Below are positions 22,424-27,717 of a stretch of 32,000 nt of DNA, in pieces (position 1 is the stretch's first letter; every line of letters begins with the position of its first letter). Source of the stretch: Diaphorobacter ruginosibacter. Its GTDB lineage: Bacteria; Pseudomonadota; Gammaproteobacteria; Burkholderiales; Burkholderiaceae_C. The notes beneath the pieces are model-generated. The model ran no database searches, was not told where the DNA came from, and saw only the letters and a program-made list of their open reading frames with translations. The position numbers were made by a program, and so were the translations under genes. The DNA is taken from contig NZ_CP060714.1 of the NCBI RefSeq assembly GCF_014395975.1, positions 1 through 32,000 of the forward strand. The letters run 5' to 3'.

Positions 22424-22480
22424 CAAGCGTTGCGCCCCTGCGGGGCACGCTACGCATACCCCGCAGGGGCGCAACGCTTG
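22424..22480. repeat. Perfect 22-bp inverted repeat with 13-nt loop
   Basis: CAAGCGTTGCGCCCCTGCGGGG (22424..22445) and its exact reverse complement (22459..22480). The repeat lies in the non-coding gap upstream of the coat gene. Confidence 0.9.
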
Positions 22481-22497
22481 ACGCTAAAGTCGCTTCA

Positions 22498-22602
22498 CTA
22501 CGCGGCGCGAAAGGCCATCCGCACCATTCGCACCTTGAAGCCAATGACGTAACCAACGGCCCATGCCGCCATGAAATAGACAAGACTCGCGGCCATCAGC
22601 AT
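22498..22602 (-). CDS. Tiny hydrophobic protein, pVII/pIX-like (34 aa; not in the ORF track)
   Basis: My translation is MLMAASLVYFMAAWAVGYVIGFKVRMVRMAFRAA. It has a hydrophobic N-part and a basic C-terminus, and lies just upstream of the coat gene, as gVII/gIX do in Ff. Confidence 0.4.
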   Translation of the reverse strand: MLMAASLVYFMAAWAVGYVIGFKVRMVRMAFRAA

Positions 22603-22760
22603 CCCGCCTTCAAACAGCCTTCAGGCTGGGCAGGCAGTACCGACAGCACCGCAGGTGCCGGGATCGGCACGGACCAGGGGTTTTTCCAACCCACATAGAT
22701 CCTGAACACCCCATAACACACAGCTAGAAAAATCACCCACACGGCCATTCGTTGAGCCAT
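22596..22760 (-). CDS. Alternative small membrane ORF (MAQRMAVWVIFLAVCYGVFRIY...)
   Basis: One TM segment. Its stop overlaps the tiny ORF start region (TGATG). It overlaps ORF 22621..22866 in another frame, so both cannot be confirmed. Confidence 0.25.
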   Translation of the reverse strand: MAQRMAVWVIFLAVCYGVFRIYVGWKNPWSVPIPAPAVLSVLPAQPEGCLKAGC

Positions 22761-22866
22761 AAGACACCCCCACTGAGACACCGACCGCAAGGCCAGCTAG
22801 AAAAGAACAAAAAACGATGGTTGCCAGCAGGGCCAAAGCACCCGCATAGCGTCGAAAAAAGGTCAT
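22621..22866 (-). CDS. Hypothetical small membrane protein (81 aa)
   Basis: ATGA overlap with the upstream 34-aa ORF. The N-terminal TM segment (ALALLATIVFCSFLAGLAVGV) is convincing; the C-terminal half is less protein-like. Confidence 0.4.
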   Translation of the reverse strand: MTFFRRYAGALALLATIVFCSFLAGLAVGVSVGVSYGSTNGRVGDFSSCVLWGVQDLCGLEKPLVRADPGTCGAVGTACPA

Positions 22867-22967
22867 CCAGCAGCGCCCCCACCGGCCAGATAGCCCAGGC
22901 CAAACATGACGGCGACAAGGCCGCTCGTCAGGATTTCAGAGAAGTACTGCAACTGGTCGGGCGTCAT
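22863..22967 (-). CDS. Tiny hydrophobic protein (34 aa; not in the ORF track)
   Basis: My translation is MTPDQLQYFSEILTSGLVAVMFGLGYLAGGGAAG. It has ATGA overlaps with the Rep stop (22964) and with the next ORF start (22866). Confidence 0.45.
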   Translation of the reverse strand: MTPDQLQYFSEILTSGLVAVMFGLGYLAGGGAAG

Positions 22968-23944
22968 TGCGCATCCTTGATTTCAGGGAGCCAGGAAAAC
23001 GGACCGCATGGTTCGATCCTTCGCGGGCCTCGCCGCACGCGGATAAAGCTATGAAAACCGCCGCCCGTTGGTGCGAAGTCAGAGAGCAAAAGCTCTCCTG
23101 TCTCAGCATTGACGTAACCGCCTCCCGGCGCAGGTCTAAAGCGGTCTTGCACCGAAGCATTAGCCTGCACATACGAAGGCCAAAGTACCCAACGGCGGCA
23201 AGCACGGCCAGTTTCAGACAGGCCTCCACAGCCATGAATTCGAGCGCCATGCGGAAATCCTCCAATCGTTTTTTGGCCCACCTTGCTGACGTACTTCATC
23301 AGGTACGCGACCGGGCAATAGGCCTTGTCCCTTCGGGTCATGCCATGCGGCCACATAGGAGGCTCCCAGAGCTTCAAACCGGCCCGGTCTTTACGTGACC
23401 ATGGGCGATCCCCTTTCGGCGGCGTAAGGCCCCCTTCCAGCCACACAACGATGTGGTAATGAATGACGCCTCGGTCCTGCAATTCAGCAACCCATGCATA
23501 GCGCACTGTCTTGCTGCCGGTCTTGGCGTAGTGCCACTTGCGCAGTGCGTCGAGGTATCGGCTGATGTGCTCAGGCTTCCACGCGCGGTTATCGCCGCGG
23601 TAGGTCAGCGTCTGCATCCACATCTGCTGCTTTAAGCTGCCCGCGTTGTGCAGGGCCTTGGAAGCCACGCCCAGCGATTTGCGCAGGCGCGTGATGCGGC
23701 TTTGGATTGGATCGATGGTGATGACGTTATCGGTCCATGCCAAAGCCACCTGATCTTTGCCGGTGTAGGTCTCACCGCCAACGATCAGAGACGATCCACT
23801 TGCAGTCCTGCAAGTTGTTGATACTGAGACAAGCCCGGCAGCGCTGCGCGCTGCCTGCTCAGCTGCACGCGCCTGCTGACGTGCGAACAGCAATGCACCC
23901 ATGCTCTGCATGCGTGCCTCGTTCTTGGCCTGAAGCGCGCTCAT
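22964..23944 (-). CDS. HUH-type rolling-circle replication initiator (gII-like function)
   Basis: HUH motif VIHYHIVVW and Tyr motif AYLMKYVSK. Start at MSALQAK, with an ATGA overlap on the upstream ORF. Confidence 0.85.
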   Translation of the reverse strand: MSALQAKNEARMQSMGALLFARQQARAAEQAARSAAGLVSVSTTCRTASGSSLIVGGETYTGKDQVALAWTDNVITIDPIQSRITRLRKSLGVASKALHNAGSLKQQMWMQTLTYRGDNRAWKPEHISRYLDALRKWHYAKTGSKTVRYAWVAELQDRGVIHYHIVVWLEGGLTPPKGDRPWSRKDRAGLKLWEPPMWPHGMTRRDKAYCPVAYLMKYVSKVGQKTIGGFPHGARIHGCGGLSETGRACRRWVLWPSYVQANASVQDRFRPAPGGGYVNAETGELLLSDFAPTGGGFHSFIRVRRGPRRIEPCGPFSWLPEIKDAQ

Positions 23945-24462
23945 GCCAACTCCAACGGACGGCACTGATGTGCCAGGTCAACCAGCCATTGCGCAAAGGC
24001 CGCAGGAGTGCGTTCACGCTCCGCACGACCCATACGTTCGACCGTGCAGGTCGCAGCGACCTCACCAGGTTCGATAGCTGGCACCGGGCCGACGATGTAG
24101 AGACACGTCTTTTTCTGGGCACGATGACCGAACCAGCTCTGCATTACCGGCACCAAAACGCCGCCATGCTGATCGCGAACACCGAACGTGCCGCAGCCTG
24201 ATACGCCCCACAACTTGGAACTGAATGGATGTTCCAGAACACCGCCAAAGCGGCGCACCATAGCCATAGACCACAGCGCCAGCTCGCGCTCACCGTCCCG
24301 CGGCTTTGCAAAGTGCGAGAGCTGGCCCCACGCTCTACACGGTGGATGGAAGATGCCAGGTACACCACCCGGCCAGGTCAAGGCATCGCGATCAATGTCG
24401 TAGCAGTCACAGCCGAGCGCCGCATAGTGGTTGTCCGCACGGACGAAAAGAGCAGCGACCAT
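23941..24462 (-). CDS. Hypothetical protein (173 aa) translationally coupled to Rep
   Basis: Clean ORF with overlapping start and stop codons on both sides. The motifs FHPPCRAWG, LEHP and GHRAQKKTCLYIVG weakly recall C5-methyltransferase motifs IV, VI and VIII. This is unverified. Confidence 0.6.
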   Translation of the reverse strand: MVAALFVRADNHYAALGCDCYDIDRDALTWPGGVPGIFHPPCRAWGQLSHFAKPRDGERELALWSMAMVRRFGGVLEHPFSSKLWGVSGCGTFGVRDQHGGVLVPVMQSWFGHRAQKKTCLYIVGPVPAIEPGEVAATCTVERMGRAERERTPAAFAQWLVDLAHQCRPLELA

Positions 24463-24656
24463 CAGAGGCCCTCCCCGCTCACAGGCATGCCGCCTCGCGT
24501 GTACGTGAAATCGACGGTGGTCTCTTCGCCTTCCATGCGGAAATGCGCAGACACACCGTCGATCAATGAGAGCTCTTGTTGACGCTGCTCCATGAACAGC
24601 GCCAGGAGCGCGTCATGGGCAGCAGCGAGCCGCGCATCGTGCATGGCTTGAGCCAT
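24462..24656 (-). CDS. Hypothetical protein (64 aa)
   Basis: Tightly packed between the gV-like gene and ORF173 (TGATG overlap downstream). I recognise no motif. Confidence 0.5.
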   Translation of the reverse strand: MAQAMHDARLAAAHDALLALFMEQRQQELSLIDGVSAHFRMEGEETTVDFTYTRGGMPVSGEGL

Positions 24657-24658
24657 GG

Positions 24659-24976
24659 TCAGCCCTTGACGTCAGCAGCTGCGGGGGCGGACTTGATCGC
24701 GCGCAAACGCGGCGACATGGCAATGTCACCGTTGCGGCTCACATAGACCGATTCAGGCGCGAGGGTGTACTCGCCGATTGGGTAGTAGAGCGCCGCACCT
24801 TCGGAGTTGGTGGGCAGGATGATTTCGACCTTCGTGGGGTACGGCTCAGGGTTGCCGTTCTTGTCCACGAGGTGGAAATAGACGTTCTGGAAATTGAGGC
24901 TGTAGGGCTTGCCAGATTGCTTGGAGGTGCCGCTTTGGTTGCGGACGTCGGTCGACTTTACCGATACCTTAATCAT
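24659..24976 (-). CDS. Gene-V-like ssDNA-binding protein
   Basis: MIKVSVKS...SGTSKQSGKPYSLNFQNVY...YPIGEYTL...SPRLRAIK aligns by eye with Ff gVp (MIKVEIKP...SGVSRQGKPYSLNEQLCY...YAPGLYTV...DRLRLV). GGAGA SD. Start CAT at 24974..24976. Confidence 0.85.
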   Translation of the reverse strand: MIKVSVKSTDVRNQSGTSKQSGKPYSLNFQNVYFHLVDKNGNPEPYPTKVEIILPTNSEGAALYYPIGEYTLAPESVYVSRNGDIAMSPRLRAIKSAPAAADVKG

Positions 24977-25066
24977 GATTTCTCCTAGACTGTGCGACGT
25001 TGCACACGTTGACCCTGCACGCAAGGCCAACGTTTGAAACGTCAGGCCAATGCAGAGGGAGAAGAA
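24977..25066. promoter_or_regulatory. Divergent control region of the prophage (candidate operators and/or origin)
   Basis: Near-palindrome TGTGCgACGTtGCACA (24991..25006). ACGTTG at 24997 and 25006. Palindrome ACGTTT-g-AAACGT (25030..25042) flanked by direct AGGCCAA repeats (25024..25030 and 25044..25050). Confidence 0.45.
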
Positions 25067-25345
25067 ATGGATTTAAGCCAGTACTCCAAAGTGATGGAGC
25101 AGATAGAGCAAATGTGGATGCGCGCGCTGATCGTCGATCTGTGCATTAGCGTGATCGCGTTCATCGTGGTTTGTTGGGTTGCGTACTCGATCACGCGCGC
25201 CGCCGTTCGTGATGGCATACGCGATGCGCTTCCGCGCTTTCCAGTCGCAAACAACAAAGGAGCGCCACCAGATGGATTCAGGTGGGAGCTTGTAAAAGAC
25301 GACGCACCCAAAGCACAGATGCCAGATATGCGCGCTGAAAAGTAA
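25067..25345 (+). CDS. Hypothetical single-pass membrane protein (92 aa), divergent from the phage structural genes
   Basis: GAGGGAG SD before the ATG at 25067. TM segment LIVDLCISVIAFIVVCWVAYSI. Confidence 0.55.
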   Translation: MDLSQYSKVMEQIEQMWMRALIVDLCISVIAFIVVCWVAYSITRAAVRDGIRDALPRFPVANNKGAPPDGFRWELVKDDAPKAQMPDMRAEK

Positions 25346-25361
25346 CTGATTTTCATAAGAA

Positions 25362-25378
25362 ATTCTTAGCCTAAGAAT
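25362..25378. promoter_or_regulatory. Palindrome upstream of the phage HTH gene
   Basis: ATTCTTAG-c-CTAAGAAT is a perfect palindrome. A related CTTA-tcc-TAAG element lies at 25417..25427, next to the SD. Confidence 0.4.
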
Positions 25379-25437
25379 CTCTTTGTTTATTCGCCAGCGA
25401 AAAATGCTAAAACCCACTTATCCTAAGAGGTACTCAG

Positions 25438-25701
25438 ATGCAAAAAACCATGGAACTTTGGGCAAAAGCGCAAGAAATTAAGAGCCCTGCGCAATGGGCG
25501 CGCGAGTTCAACGTAACCCCGGAGGCGTTTTACGTAGCAAAACGACAAGGACGGCTAAGCCCAATCCTGGCGGGAAACGTTGCTATTGAATTAGGAGAGA
25601 ACCCAGAGCATTGGATGGCGATTGCCGCTCTGGAAGCAGAAAAAGAAAGCCCGCTCGTAGCAAGACTACAGCGGGCTGTCAACTCATGGCGGAGGCTGTG
25701 A
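25438..25701 (+). CDS. Small HTH DNA-binding protein (candidate phage repressor/regulator, 87 aa)
   Basis: AAGAGG SD. HTH-like segment SPAQWAREFNVTPEAFYVAKRQGRLS. Opposite orientation to the morphogenesis genes. The stop codon TGA (25699..25701) straddles the attR junction. Confidence 0.65.
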   Translation: MQKTMELWAKAQEIKSPAQWAREFNVTPEAFYVAKRQGRLSPILAGNVAIELGENPEHWMAIAALEAEKESPLVARLQRAVNSWRRL

Positions 25702-26239
25702 GGAACGACCATTGCGCACCGAGCACCTGCACCGTCTCGCCGCGGCCGCTGGCCGGCAGCCAGCCCAGGGAGACGCTGAAGGCCATGATAAGCATGAGGC
25801 CCACCCAGAACGTGGGCAGCGAGAAGCCCACGATGCTGCCGGCCATGATGGACTTGGCGAACCAGCTGTCAGGGTAGAGGCCCGCGTAGAGCCCGAGCGG
25901 CACGCCGAGCAGCGTCGCCAGGATCAGCGCCGCGATGGCCAGCTCCAGCGTGGCGGGCAGGCGCTGCAGGATCAGCTCGATCGCGGGCACGTTGTAGACG
26001 AAGCTCGTGCCGAGGTTGCCGTGCAGCGCGCCGTTCACGAACGCCAGGTACTGGCGCCACAGGGGCTGGTCCAGTCCGAGTTCGGCGATGATGCGCGCGC
26101 GTTCGATCTGGTCCACGTCCTGGCCGATCAGGATGTCCACCGGGTTGCCGATGGCATGCAGGCCGACGAAGACGATCACCGTCATCAGCAGCACCACGAG
26201 GACCGCCTGGGCGAGGCGTCGCAGCAGCCAGCCGGTCAT
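25679..26239 (-). pseudogene. 5' fragment of the DppB/OppB-type ABC permease gene, truncated by the prophage
   Basis: MTGWLLRRLAQAVLVVLLMTVIVFVGLH...GWLPASGRGETVQVLGAQWSFLT, then 5 phage-encoded codons (ASAMS) and a stop. The start overlaps the oxidoreductase stop (ATGA). Confidence 0.85.
25686..25713. other. attR (phage half ATGGCG-gaggct, core GTG, host half aggaa-CGACCATT)
   Basis: This is the junction between the lower-GC insert and the permease 5' fragment. Confidence 0.6.
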
Positions 26240-27717
26240 GATGATGCATCCTGCGGCAGTCCGTCCTGGGACGGCGGCTCGGCGGGCGTCCATTCGTCGC
26301 CGAACACCTCGGGCTCCTCGAAGGTCTGCAGGTTGTCGTAGTGCCACTGCACGTCTTCTGCGTACAGCGTGCCCGCAAGGCCCTGGGCCATGCGCTGCGC
26401 TCCCACGCTCACGGCGGGAATGTCGCCCGAGATCGTGCCCTGCGTGAGCGCTGCGGGGTAGGAGAACACATGCACGCGCGAGAGGCCCGGGCATTCACCG
26501 GGCGTCTTCTCCTGCAGCTCGAACACCGGGCCGAGGTCCGGGGAGTCGGCGAGTTCCTGGTCGTCCTCGCCCTCTGGATGGGTGAAGCGGTCCTTCCATG
26601 CACGCACGTGGGGTGCGAGCCTGGCGAACTCGGGGCGCTGGCTCCAGTCGATGCGAAAGCCTGTGGAGAAGATCAGGAAGTCGAAGCGGAACACGCCCTT
26701 GTTGGTGAGCGCGCGGATCTCGCCGTCCACCCATTGCAGGTCCTCGATCCGGGTCCCCAGGTTGAAGCGCGCGTTGTCATGGCGCGATACGCGCAGCGTG
26801 CTGCCGCGCGGCGGAGGCACCTGTTGCACGTTGATGTAGTGGCGGATCTTCCATTTCCAGGCGTCGGGCAGCGTCAGGTGGCCATGCGTGAGGCCGGGGC
26901 TGCCCGCGCCCTTGCCCTTGTTGACGCGCGGGATGTCGTCGCGGCGGATCAGCAGGTCGACGCTGGCCGCGCCGCGCTCGAGGGCCGTGGCAGCGCTGTC
27001 CATGGCGGATGCGCCCGCACCCACCACGCCCACGCGCCGGCCCTTGAGCATGGCGTAGTCCATCTCGTCGGACGAGTGCGCCCACACCTCGCGCGGCAGC
27101 TTGTCGGCCACGGGCGGTACCCAGGCGCCGCCCAGGCCGTCGCGGCCGGTGGCGAGCACCACATGGCGCGCGAGTACCGTGCGCGGTCCGGCAGGCGTCT
27201 GCATGTCGAGCTGCACCACGCCGTCAGCGCCGCGCGGCTGCACGGACAGCAGCCGGTGTTCGTTGTGGATCTCGAGATCGAGCGCCTTGCGGTACCAGCG
27301 CAGGTAGTCCATCCATTGCAGGCGCGGAATCTTGTCGAGCGCTTCCCACGCCTCGGTGCCGAACTGCGATTCGAACCAGGCGCGGAAGGTGAGTGCGGGC
27401 TGTCCGAGCGCGGGGCCGGTGAGCGTCTTGGGCGAGCGCAGCGTCTCCATGCGCGCGGTGGTCGCCCAGGGGCCTTCGAAGCCGGTGGGCGAGCGATCGA
27501 AGATGGGTGCCTGGACGCCCAGGAACTTGAGCGCGGCGGACGTGGCCATGCCGCCCATGCCACCGCCGATGATGGCGACGGGAAGCACGGGCTGGCCGTC
27601 CACTTCGGAGTCGGGCAGCCAGTTCCTGGCGGGCAGGTCGAGCCAGTCGAGGTCCTGGCGCAGGCGCGCCTCGAGTTGTTCGAGGCCTTGCGGCGGTGCC
27701 GCAACGGTGGGGGTCAT
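26236..27717 (-). CDS. FAD/NAD(P)-binding oxidoreductase (flavin monooxygenase-like)
   Basis: Two dinucleotide-binding motifs (VAIIGGGMGGMATS and VGVVGAGASAMDSA). 493 aa. Confidence 0.8.
   Translation of the reverse strand: MTPTVAAPPQGLEQLEARLRQDLDWLDLPARNWLPDSEVDGQPVLPVAIIGGGMGGMATSAALKFLGVQAPIFDRSPTGFEGPWATTARMETLRSPKTLTGPALGQPALTFRAWFESQFGTEAWEALDKIPRLQWMDYLRWYRKALDLEIHNEHRLLSVQPRGADGVVQLDMQTPAGPRTVLARHVVLATGRDGLGGAWVPPVADKLPREVWAHSSDEMDYAMLKGRRVGVVGAGASAMDSAATALERGAASVDLLIRRDDIPRVNKGKGAGSPGLTHGHLTLPDAWKWKIRHYINVQQVPPPRGSTLRVSRHDNARFNLGTRIEDLQWVDGEIRALTNKGVFRFDFLIFSTGFRIDWSQRPEFARLAPHVRAWKDRFTHPEGEDDQELADSPDLGPVFELQEKTPGECPGLSRVHVFSYPAALTQGTISGDIPAVSVGAQRMAQGLAGTLYAEDVQWHYDNLQTFEEPEVFGDEWTPAEPPSQDGLPQDASS

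Larger units (their letters stand above)
18363..25700 (-). mobile_element. Integrated filamentous (inovirus-like) prophage with serine recombinase, ~7.3 kb
   Basis: Visibly lower GC than the flanks. Inovirus gene set in conserved order on the minus strand. Bounded by the two halves of one permease gene, with a shared GTG at both junctions (18363..18365 and 25698..25700). Confidence 0.85.

Noticed and set aside
22143-22583. 146-aa version of the coat-gene ORF
   Set aside because: The N-terminal extension reads straight through the perfect 22-bp inverted repeat, which gives mirrored ATLA..VAP peptide segments, and it has no SD. The internal ATG at 22382 has a GGAGG SD and yields a textbook pVIII-like precursor.
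22733-22918. 61-aa minus-strand ORF in the phage small-gene region, and the 109-aa ORF 22936..23265 inside Rep
   Set aside because: They overlap the ATGA-coupled gene chain in other frames and lack an SD or any motif support.
18363-25700. Alternative reading of the insert as a transposon or IS element
   Set aside because: There are no terminal inverted repeats and no transposase, and the only duplication is the 3-bp identity. The gene content is phage structural and replication genes plus a serine recombinase.
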